NCBI RefSeq assembly: GCF_006345805.1
Contig: NW_021824920.1
Location: 1 to 17,284 of the forward strand
Length of the DNA: 17,284 nucleotides
Source of the DNA: Octopus sinensis
Taxonomy: Eukaryota
Reading direction: 5' to 3'
Position 1 is the stretch's first letter. Every line of letters begins with the position of its first letter. A program made the translations under genes and the position numbers. Below are positions 1-9,084 of this stretch, piece after piece. The notes under the pieces are model-generated. The model was not told the DNA's origin. It did not search any database and was given only the letters and a program-made list of their open reading frames with translations.

Positions 1-52
1 TTTACCCATCCCCAACCCTCTACCTGACTTTGCTGGCCTTGTGCTAAAAATA
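1..52 (+). mobile_element. 3' tail fragment (tail type A1) of a family-A SINE extending off the window's left edge
   Basis: TTACCCATCCCC...GGCCTTGTGC resembles the tail of the family-A copy at 4452-4499 (TTACCCCTCCC...GGGCCCTTTGCC). Confidence 0.5.
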
Positions 53-60
53 TGACGCCA

Positions 61-443
61 AAGGCAGCGAGCTGGCAGAGTCGTTAACACGCCGGGCGAA
101 ATGCTTAGCGCTGTTTCGTCTGTCTTTGCGCTCTGAGTTCAAATTCCACAGAGGTCGACTTTGCCTTTCATCCATTCGGGGTCGATAAATTAAGTACCAG
201 TTACGCACTGGGGTCGATATAATCGACTTAATCCGTTTGTCTGCCCTTGTGTTTAGCCCCTTTGTGGGTAGTAAAGAAATAGGTATTTCGTCTGTCTTTA
301 CTTTCTGTGTTCAAATTCCACCGAGGACCACTTTGCCTTTCATCCTTTCGGGGTCGATAAATTAAGTACCAGTTGCATACTAGGGTCAAAGCAGTTGCAT
401 ACTAGGGTCGATCTTGGGCCTTGTATCTAGAGTAGAAAAGAAT
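61..443 (+). mobile_element. Family-A SINE dimer: full unit 61-281 (tail A2) plus 5'-truncated unit 282-443 (tail A1)
   Basis: Head AAGGCAGCGAGCTGGCAGAGTCGTT (A-box-like), B-box-like GAGTTCAAATTCC, core GTCGACTTTGCCTTTCATCC..CGGGGTCGATAAATTAAGTACCAG. Near-identical to copies at 4284-4499 and 14611-15409. Unit 2 has an internal 18-bp duplication CAGTTGCATACTAGGGTC (370-387, 392-409). Confidence 0.92.
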
Positions 444-444
444 C

Positions 445-572
445 CTTAACACAATAGCCAAAATGCCTAGCAACCTTTCGTTCGACTTTATGCTTTGAGT
501 TCAAATTCCGCTGAAGTCAACTTTACCTTGCATCCTTCCGGGGTTGGTAAAATAAGCACTGGTTGGACACTG
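445..572 (+). mobile_element. Older, diverged family-A SINE fragment
   Basis: Retains GAGTTCAAATTCCG and a degenerate core (GTCAACTTTACCTTGCATCCTTCCGGGGTTGGTAAAATAAGCAC). Confidence 0.75.
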
Positions 573-699
573 CAGCTCCTGCCCCTGCTATTTAACCCTC
601 CCCAAGTTCTCAGTCATACTGTATGATCTCTTATCTTTCACTCGCCCCTGGGCTCTGAGTGTGTTTCAGTAAGTGATTGCAGCAACCATGCAGATCAGA

Positions 700-703
<4 letters not shown>

Positions 704-790
<87 letters not shown>
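704..790. repeat. (AAT)29 microsatellite with one interruption
   Basis: Direct reading; source of the poly-N/poly-I ORFs. Confidence 0.98.
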
Positions 791-791
<1 letters not shown>

Positions 792-998
792 TTTTCAAAT
801 TTTCGCACGGGGCCAGCTGTTTTGAGGAGGTGGGATTTCATTGGCCCCAGTGTTTGACTGGTACTTATTTCATCGACTCCGAAAGGACGAAAATTACATT
901 CGAACTCGGCGGAATTTGAACTTAGCACGTAAGGGACGGACGAAATGCTGCTAAGCATTTTTTCCAGGCGTGCTAATGATTCTGCCAGCTCGCTGCCT
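704..998 (-). mobile_element. Family-A SINE, tail A1, ending in an (ATT)n tail
   Basis: The reverse complement starts AGGCAGCGAGCTGGCAGAATCATTAGCACGCC, contains AAGTTCAAATTCCGCCGAG and the core, and runs into the (AAT)n array at 704-790. Confidence 0.88.
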
Positions 999-1002
999 GA
1001 AC

Positions 1003-1471
1003 AATAGCAACAGCAACAATAGCAACAGCAGCAACTGGAACAATGGCAGCAACAGCTAGAAGAAGAAGAAGAAGAAGAAGAAGAAGAAGACAGAGATGAA
1101 GAAGAAGAAGAAGGAGGAGGAGGAGGAGGAGAAGAAAAAGGAGAGGAGAAGAAGAAGAGAAAGGAAGAAGAAGAAGAAGAAGAGAAAGAAGATGAAGGAG
1201 GAGGAGAAGAAGAAGAAGAAGAAGAAGAAGGAGGAGGAGGGGGAGAAGAATGAGGAGGAGTAGGAGGAAGAAGAAATGGGGAGGAGGAGAAGGAAAAGGA
1301 GGAAGAGGAGGAGGAGGAGAAGGAGGAGGATAAGAAGAAGGAGGAGGAGGAGAAGAAGAAGGAGAAGGAGAAGAAGAATAATAGGAAGAAGAAAGAAGAA
1401 AAAAGAAGAGGAAGAAGAAGAAGAAGAAGAGGAGGAGGAGAAAGAAGAAGAAGAAGAAGAAGAAGAAGAAA
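1003..1471. repeat. (CAA/CAG)n stretch followed by a ~414-bp (GAA/GGA)n polypurine tract (1058-1471)
   Basis: Direct reading; about 9 pyrimidines in 1058-1471. Confidence 0.97.
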
Positions 1472-2554
1472 TTTTCAGTAATAATCTAACGGTTTACTGA
1501 TTCAAAAACAAACAAAACGATTCAGTCATCGCAAAAAGAAGTTTTAGAGTCAGATGTGTGAAAAATGTTTCTTAAATTAAAAAAAAAAAAAAAAAGAAAA
1601 GAAAGAAAATGGTTAACAGTTTATTTTGAAATTGAAAAGATGCATTCTGAAAAACAAAGAAGAAGGAAAAAATTCACTTACCAACACCGTATTACAAAGA
1701 AGCGGTTTAAAAAGATATAACCAAACAACTTGAAACACATAAGAAGCATGCGATTAGAAATAGAAGAGAAGGTATATCGTTTTGAAAAGCTCACTGATTC
1801 ATTCAAAGCGTTGTAACGTGTTTCCTTTGAATTAGAAAGTATTGCATTTCCGCCATATTGGAAAACGTTTAATAAGAACGTAATTTTTTTTAAGCACGTA
1901 TAATATTTAATGTGGCCTATTCGATTATACATGAGCTCGGTTGAAAACTTTAAAGTAGATATTACAACAGCAGATCATACATATCTAAGGAAAACAGGAA
2001 ACAGCTTCGGAGAATTATTTTAATTTTCAACTAGGAAAGATTAAATATAAATATAAAACCTGAAAAATAAACCATGAAAATAAGATATCAAGACCAGACA
2101 AAGCATTGAACTGCTAATATGAGAGGAAAAGAAACAAATAAAATAATTTTAAATAAGGAAACGATACCAAGAATAAAATTAGACCTATGACATTTTAGGG
2201 CAAACAACGAATTCATAAATCAGACGACGATAAACGTTGTCAAAGTCATAAAGAATGATATACTGTAACAATAATGGGGAAAATAACTATAAAAACGACC
2301 TCGTCAGCGATCCCCTTAACATATCAAAACCGAGAGAAAAATATCTTTCCTCAAAGAAGAACAAATCTTTACACAAAGAAAAACAAATCTACTAGCAAGG
2401 GCAAATAGTTCTCGTCTGACGATTGCAGACGTGTGGTCCAGGTTTTAATATAAGATTATCCATTCAGTTTAATTAAGTATCATACATTACAGAATTGCTT
2501 AGATTCTTCCGGTTTTGATAACTCAGTGAAACACACACACATGCACACATATAG

Positions 2555-2678
2555 GGATGGTTTCCACACAGTTACCATGTACCAAATTCCCTCACAATCC
2601 ATCGATGCATTGGTTAAAAGACACTTATCCAAAGGGAGAGAATCCGAGCACATGTGGTTGCAAAGTTAGTCTTTATAA
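2555..2678 (-). mobile_element. Diverged family-C SINE fragment
   Basis: TTTCCACACAGTT..TACCAAATTCC.TCACAA...AAGACACTT..CCAA...CATGTGGTTGCAAAGT aligns by eye with the family-C copy at 7516-7671. Confidence 0.65.
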
Positions 2679-2754
2679 TCAAGGAACAGTAACTGCGCCA
2701 ATGTACACAAGCACCCACACATACACTATTAATTACTCTTGTACAGATATATGA

Positions 2755-2804
2755 TGTGTATATGCGTGTGTGTGTGGTGTGTGTGTGTGTGTGAGTGTGT
2801 GTGT

Positions 2805-2841
<37 letters not shown>
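2755..2841. repeat. (GT)n microsatellite
   Basis: Direct reading. Confidence 0.97.
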
Positions 2842-2842
<1 letters not shown>

Positions 2843-3699
2843 TGGAGGACTTTTACATTCAGCAAGAGCTCTTACGAGATAATTATTTTTTTCAAATCAA
2901 GAAGCTCACAGAATGACCTTATCATACTCTGTCATCTGTCATTACAAAATTGTTTGGTAACTTTCATTTGAATTCCACGATATCTACATTCAAACAAACC
3001 TCGATAGCAGAGTTCCTATCAGCATTTAATTAAAACGACTGCATAGTGCTAACTGAAACACGGTGACCAATCACACACATACGTCGGGTACTGTAAGATA
3101 ATTATTGCCAGACTATTAACCGTTAAAACTTTGCTATATAACTCAGTAACCCATTCTCAGTTCTACTCTCAACAGCTGCTCCATATTTTATTAAGCAATA
3201 TTTTTTCTTTACACAACCATGTGCTTTACGTCTTCCATTTATTTCATAACTAAACGGCCATTTACACGCCTTTTTAATCTTATATATTTCCATTGATGTT
3301 CATTCGAATTTTTTTTAATATTTTACTTTTCTTCACGATCGTATACTTAGTAATATTTTAATCTTTCATAGACCTGGTATATTTTAATGCACGTCGGAAC
3401 ATATTTTCAGTGAAAATTAATTTAATAATTTTTTTTTACTTTTAATATTCTCGAAAAATGTGTGAACCTATGAAAATGAATGAAAAAATACCTAGAGAAA
3501 ATTTCATTAACTTAAACTGAAAATGTTTTAGATTTTTGCTAATAGTGACAAATTTCGTGAGTGTTGTGCAAAGAGCTATAACGGAACGAGCGAGTTCGCG
3601 GCCCGCATTCGGTTCACATCTGCAATTAATATTCTACACACGCGCTTCTAATGTAGGTTTAAAAGTTTTGAATAATATCAGCAAGATTGGAGAACGATT

Positions 3700-4258
3700 T
3701 AAATCGAATACCAGGGCCCTGTGATCGATTTGTACTTGTTTTATCGATCCCCCGTAGGATGAAAGTCGAATTCTACGGGATTTGAACTCAAGACGGATGG
3801 AACGCTGCTAAGCACTCTTGCCCGGAGTACTATCGATTCTACTAGCGTGGAGGCGCAATGGCCCAGTGGTTAGGGCAGCGGACTCGCGGTCATAGGATCG
3901 CGGTTTCGATTCCCAGACCGGGCGTTGTGAGTGTTTATTGAGCGAAAACACCTAAAAGCTCCACGAGGCTCCGGCAGGGGATGGTGGTGATCCCTGCTGT
4001 ACTCTTTCACCACAACTTTCTCTCACTCTTACTTCCTGTTTCTGTTGTACCTGTATTTCAAAGGGCCGGCCTTGTCACTCCCTGTGTCGCGCTGAATATC
4101 CCCGAGAACTACGTTAAGGGTACACGTGTCTGTGGAGTGCTCAGCCACTTACACGTTAATTTCACGAGCAGGCTGTTCCGTTGATTCAGATCAACCGGAA
4201 CCCTCGTCGTCGTAACCGACGGAGTGCTTCCATCCCGATTCTACTAGCTCGCCGCCTT
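3700..4258 (-). mobile_element. Diverged family-A SINE split by the insertion at 3847-4235 (pieces ~3700-3846 and 4249-4258)
   Basis: Removing the insert and one TSD copy restores AAGGCGGCGAGCTAGTAGAATCG...GAGTTCAAATCCC...TTTCATCCTACGGGGATCGATAAAACAAGTAC on the minus strand. Confidence 0.85.
3847..4235 (+). mobile_element. Full-length family-B SINE, tail B1, with a 13-bp target-site duplication
   Basis: tRNA-like head GGAGGCGCAATGGCCCAGTGGTTAGGGCAGCGGACTCGCGGTC...GGTTTCGATTCCCAG. Exact flanking repeat CGATTCTACTAGC at 3834-3846 and 4236-4248. 3' hairpins at 4175-4201 and 4208-4221. Confidence 0.95.
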
Positions 4259-4283
4259 ATTTGTTTCTCTTATTTCTTGTAAC

Positions 4284-4499
4284 CAAGGCAACGTGCTGTA
4301 AGAATCGTTAGCAGGCCGGGCGAAATGCATACCCGTATTTCGTCTGTCGCTATGTTCTGAGTTCAAATTCCACCGGGGTCGATTTTGCCATTCATCCATT
4401 CGGGGTCGATTAAATTAAGTACCAGTTACGCACTGGGGTCGATGTAATCAACTTACCCCTCCCTACAAATTTCGGGCCCTTTGCCTATGACAAAAAGGG
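4284..4499 (+). mobile_element. Monomeric family-A SINE, tail A1, with a 14-bp target-site duplication
   Basis: Head, B-box and core as above. Exact flanking repeat TTATTTCTTGTAAC at 4270-4283 and 4500-4513. Confidence 0.93.
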
Positions 4500-4754
4500 T
4501 TATTTCTTGTAACGGATTAACGAGAAAGCTTCAACATGGTTTGCGCTACTCCTTAGAAATACCAGTCAAATCCCCCTTTTACATGATTACTGATGTCGTA
4601 GAAAATGAAGTCCTGAAGTAGAATGAAATATTGAAGTTATAAAAACACATTGCGTATATAACTGTTGCCATTATTCAGTGGGAATTTCGTTATATTCCAA
4701 CGAACTACGTTTTAAATAGAATAAACAAATGTTAATTCGTTCATAATGTGAAAT

Positions 4755-4757
<3 letters not shown>

Positions 4758-4792
<35 letters not shown>

Positions 4793-5065
4793 TGCATGTA
4801 AGTGTGTATGTATGTATGTTATGTATGTATGTATGTATGTATGTATGTATGTATGTATTAATGTATGTATGCATGTCATTATTCAGTTTATTTCAAGGTT
4901 TCTTGCCAATAGAGAAAGAGCCGACTTCTAACCTAGATCCAAGGTTCCTTCATTGAAATTTCAACATCAACAATAGGGTATTTTTGTATGTATGTATGTA
5001 TGTATGTATGTATGTATGTATGTATGCATGTGTGTATGTATGTATGTATGTTTTTTTGTATGTAT
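4758..5065. repeat. (CA)n then two (TATG)n tracts (~4805-4872, ~4986-5050) enclosing a ~110-bp non-simple module
   Basis: Direct reading. Confidence 0.93.
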
Positions 5066-5115
5066 TCTCATGCATATGGAGTAGATAAGATCCGGCAAAA
5101 TATGTGGCCCGGATC

Positions 5116-5243
5116 ATTGACTCTTGTATTCTTTGACGCTTGTATTCATTGACGCTTGTATTCATTGACGCTTGTATTCATTGACTCTTGTATTCAATGA
5201 CTCTTGTATTCAATGACTCTTGTATTCATTGACTCTTGTATTC
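5116..5243. repeat. Minisatellite, 8 x 16 bp, consensus ATTGACTCTTGTATTC
   Basis: Units start at 5116, 5132, 5148, 5164, 5180, 5196, 5212 and 5228. Variants: GACGC in units 2-4, AATGAC in units 6-7. No spacers. Confidence 0.97.
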
Positions 5244-5316
5244 TTATTTGCATGCCCGGCAACTTTGATTGGCTACCGGGAAATACATACATACACACAT
5301 GCGTACATGCATATAA

Positions 5317-5356
<40 letters not shown>

Positions 5357-5524
5357 GACTGCGGCCATGCTTCAGCATCGCTTTTAGTCGAAGCAATCGA
5401 CCCCAGGACTTATTCTTTGTAGGCCTAGTACTTATTCTATCGATTGTTTTCTTGACCTGCTAAGTTACGGGAATGTACACTCCCCAACATCGTTTGTCAA
5501 GCGATGGCTGGGGTACAAACTCAG
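5357..5524 (-). mobile_element. Family-E SINE-like fragment sharing the 3' half of the family-A core but with different flanks
   Basis: Minus strand TCGATAGAATAAGTACTAG...CTGGGGTCGATTGCTTCGACTAA matches family-A TCGATAAATTAAGTACCAG...CTGGGGTCGATGTAATCGACTTA. Its GCATGGCCGCAG tail recurs at 10746-10800. Confidence 0.7.
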
Positions 5525-5613
5525 GTGCGCACACACAAATATATACATACACTCACACACAAACACACATACATACATATATAAACATAATTACATGCTT
5601 TTTCTTTGTGTGC

Positions 5614-5648
<35 letters not shown>

Positions 5649-6188
5649 GTTTGTATGTATTAGTATATATAAGCATTCGTTTATATATATTTGTACTTTA
5701 GGTACTTTCCCAATTTCATAAATTTTCGAACGCTACCTTTTCATATTTATTTCCTATAATTCCTCCATTATTTTTTTCTTCCAAACTCCATTTTCTTTCA
5801 CATATATTCCATTTACCATTCACTATTTATATATTCTTCAATTTTATCGTTATTCCCCTCGTATTTCCCCCTTTCTTGTTATTTATTTATATTTCATGAA
5901 TTTCTGAAACTATTTTTCTTTTACTGCAGCAAAATTTACGATGTCGGAAAGATAATTATTTTCTTACCGCTTTATTTTATTTCTTTTTTGGCTCCTTTTA
6001 TTAAATTTTGGCGTTGTTTTAGTTTAACTCCCTTCAGCTCTCTGTTGCCGTCTAATGCTCGTGAATATATCTTATGTGTGGACCCTTTATTATCTCGATA
6101 TTGCAGATGATTTTTCAAGACTTAGAAACAATAATAGATTCTTAGCAGAGTTTTGGGATTTCGTTCCTGAATATATAGAGCAGTAATT

Positions 6189-6345
6189 ATGTGTGTGTGT
6201 GTGTATGTGAGTGTGTGCATGTGTGCATGTGTTTGTGTATACGTACAAACATATATATGCATAGACACACACACACACACACACACATGCACACACGCAC
6301 ACACACACACCACACACACACACGTATGCATATATATATATATAA
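6189..6345. repeat. (TG)n tract followed by (CA)n and (TA)n tracts, self-complementary
   Basis: Direct reading. Confidence 0.95.
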
Positions 6346-6444
6346 TAATTATTTGAGGGAATATTATTCCTAACTTACAGGGAAAAATTCAATTTAGAAA
6401 TACAAACTCAAATTTCACGAAATATAATATATATATATATATAA

Positions 6445-6547
6445 AAATTTGAAAAAACCCACCTTTTATCAATTCAAATTATATGTAATTTTCTAGATGG
6501 TGTAATTTAATTGTTCCTTTTGAATTGATAAAAGGTGGTTTTTTCTA

Positions 6548-6550
<3 letters not shown>
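6445..6550. mobile_element. Small inverted-repeat (MITE-like) element between (TA)n tracts
   Basis: GAAAAAACCCACCTTTTATCAATTCAAA (6451-6478) is the reverse complement of TTTGAATTGATAAAAGGTGGTTTTTTC (6519-6545) apart from one extra C; 40-bp spacer. Confidence 0.7.
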
Positions 6551-6583
<33 letters not shown>

Positions 6584-6609
6584 ACAGGAAGAGGATCAAA
6601 GTTGTTTCT

Positions 6610-6812
6610 CGTGCCTTATCTTCATAAGGCCGGTTTCCTGGAATTTGTGGGGGAACACCTTCCTTGCATTGTGTCTATTTTTACCGACTGAGTGGCCAGG
6701 AGTAACGTAGAATGAAAAGTTTTGCTCAAGAACCCAGCACATCAACCAGTCCAGGAAACAAAACAACAATCTTGCAATTATGAGTGCACCTCCTTAGCCA
6801 CTATGCGCCGCC
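6610..6812 (-). mobile_element. Old, diverged tRNA-SINE (family F; head related to family B)
   Basis: Minus strand GGCGGCGCATAGTGGCTAAGGAGGTGCACTCATAATTGCAAGATTG...TTCTTGAGCAAAAC parallels family-B GGAGGCGCA..CAGTGGTTAGGG...TATTGAGCGAAAAC. Confidence 0.6.
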
Positions 6813-7034
6813 ACACATACATACATGATGTGCATATATATTATGTAGACATACACACACATATATATATTCCTCCATCTTCCTTTTCGATTTTTCTGAC
6901 GAAAAGCTTTGCTAGAAACGTAAAACTACCTTTCTTTCTTTTCCTAAACGTTTGCTAATACTTTGCAAGCACCACGTCCTTGCGTTTTTGTTTTTTCGTG
7001 TGTTTGTTCTTCGTTTCTATTTTATTTACATTAT

Positions 7035-7035
<1 letters not shown>

Positions 7036-7096
<61 letters not shown>
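7036..7096. repeat. (CA)n(TA)n microsatellite
   Basis: Direct reading. Confidence 0.97.
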
Positions 7097-7153
7097 CGTT
7101 TTGGGATTTGGTCTACAAGATACTTTACGTGAGTTCGTGTGTTGAAGCACATT

Positions 7154-7409
7154 CTGTTGTGTCTGGGGAGAGCCATTTTCTTTTTGTGCCTTATAATTTG
7201 ACACACGCACCGGCAAAATTTCTACTCATTTCTTATTTTTATTTTCCTGAAATTTTCGTTGCATCTTGCAACCTTTTCAATAGTCTTGACTATAATAGAC
7301 GCAACGAAATTTTTAGGAAAGTAAAAATAAGAAATAAGTGGAAATTTTACCGGTGAGTGTATTAAATTATAAGGCACAAAAAGAAAATGACTCTCCCCAG
7401 ACACAACAG
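7154..7409. mobile_element. Fold-back / MITE-like palindromic element with 113-bp inverted arms
   Basis: Arms 7154-7266 and 7297-7409 differ at 11 of 113 positions by manual alignment, with no gaps. The same peptide (SGESHFLFVPYNL) appears in ORFs on both strands. Central mini-hairpin ATAGTC-TT-GACTAT. Confidence 0.9.
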
Positions 7410-7410
7410 C

Positions 7411-7462
<52 letters not shown>
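7411..7462. repeat. (TA)n microsatellite
   Basis: Direct reading. Confidence 0.97.
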
Positions 7463-7465
<3 letters not shown>

Positions 7466-7515
7466 CTTTCGACAAATGTTTCGAAGACAACATTGGTTTT
7501 ATTTCAAAGGAATAA

Positions 7516-7671
7516 TATGCGACCGGCTTCTTTCTGTTTCCATCTAACAAATCCACTCGCAAGTCTTTGGTCGACCCAAGACTGTAGTAGAAGACACTTG
7601 GCCAAGGTACGACACAGTGGGACTGAAACCGGAACCGTGCGTTTGTGAAGCGAGCTTCTTACCACACACAC
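7516..7671 (-). mobile_element. Family-C tRNA-SINE
   Basis: Minus strand TGTGTGGTAAGAAGCTCGCTTCACAAACGCACGGTTCCGGTTTCAGTCCCACTG (A/B-box-like) followed by CCTTGGCCAAGTGTCTTCTACTA; homologous to 16943-17035. Confidence 0.85.
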
Positions 7672-8983
7672 ATATATAGTTGTATCTTCTGTGTGAGTGT
7701 GCATGCGTTCGTGTATGTGTATGTGTATGTATGTGTGTTTGTATGCTTCTATACATCATAGTTCAGTGATAGAAATCTTTGAAAGCATTGGTGAATGCCG
7801 TATAAAGGAATTCAGAGAACCGCTTCATCACAAGTTCTCAAACAAAGAATTGAAACCAAAAGCCAACTTAATAGAAAGGTTGGCATTTTAATCTAGATCA
7901 GTAAATTTCGGTTTCTGAATATGGTTATTATTATTATTATTATATCTATGTTCCTTCTATTCTAATTAAACATTTACCTTTTAGATTAAAATACACACAG
8001 AATATGGCAGGATACGAACTTTTGAACCTAACTTCTTAAGCAACGATAATTCGAGGACTTTTTTCACATTTCGCTTTCTGCAAACCCAATAATCTATATT
8101 GAACAACTTGCAACAAAGTTTATTTATTAACCCTTGTATAACCTCATCCACAAAGCTAGTGTAATTCTTAGTATTCAATAATCTCTAATTAACAGATTAC
8201 CAGCCTCTCGCAGCCCCACCGCTGCCACTAACTTATCACCTTTATCTACTTTCTGTTTTAATCTATATTGACTCACACAGCCAATAATCCGTACATTAAC
8301 AAATTTCCGTTTATTTATGATCGAAATATAATATTTTAGAAGCAAATTCACGCAACATTCATTTCCTAATACCGGATATTCTAGCTGTGATCGATCACTG
8401 AAAATATTGATTTTTTTTTCCTTTCCTTACCTCAGTACAAAAACTTGTTTTTATACATAATGGGAAAGCGAACTTGATACACAATAGCAAATAGTTTAGG
8501 CCACCCTGCTGTCTCTTCATTGATCATATCATTTTCATTTCGTTCTCTTAGTCACAAGTCCGTTCTACAGACCGCTGGACAGTCGTTGCTCAATTTACTT
8601 TCGTTATTGTTGTTGGTATTAGCTCAGGTCACTTATGAACGAATAGACCTACGAACAAACTTGTTCAAGCTATGATCAAACAATTTTTTATATCAGTTAC
8701 ACTTTATAGTCTATCCTGTATTCTGCACTTTATACTTCAAGTTGTATTGTATTCTCTATACGTTATGGTTTATCTTAAAAAAACACCAAAAATGATGCAT
8801 AATTTTCTTGCTTTTTTCGACGATGGGTCAGATGGGTATCGAAACGATTGCGTTTAACTCTTTCACAGCGAAATTAATTTTCGTGGTTATTCAAATAATG
8901 ATGGTAATGCTCCGCCAACAAATAGAATTGCTATTTTTCTGCAAGTCCTGTTGCCTCAATAAACTTGTTTCAAAAACGATATT

Positions 8984-9053
8984 GGCATATGGCGTAGTGG
9001 TTAAGAGCGCGGGCTACTAACCCCAAGATTCCGAGTTCGATTCCAGGCAGTGA

Positions 9054-9084
<31 letters not shown>

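Noticed and set aside
1676-1932. Minus-strand ORF ending at a strong donor-like TG|GTAAGT (1681-1676)
   Set aside because: No convincing acceptor or peptide homology; such hexamers are frequent by chance in AT-rich DNA.
2301-2307. Minus-strand CUGACGA as a hammerhead core
   Set aside because: No stem II followed by GAAA.
5116-5243. CRISPR-like array
   Set aside because: Contiguous 16-bp units with no spacers, no cas genes and a eukaryotic context.
7697-7891. ORF ending ...EIFESIGECRIKEFREPLHHKFSNKELKPKANLIERLAF, which looks protein-like
   Set aside because: Starts in a microsatellite, is short and has no recognisable motif or supporting neighbouring exons; tBLASTx or RNA-seq would be needed.
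8984-9055. Functional tRNA gene (anticodon-position ACT)
   Set aside because: The acceptor stem does not pair (GGCATAT versus CAGTGACC), the anticodon and T stems are imperfect and no T-run terminator follows; better explained as a SINE head.
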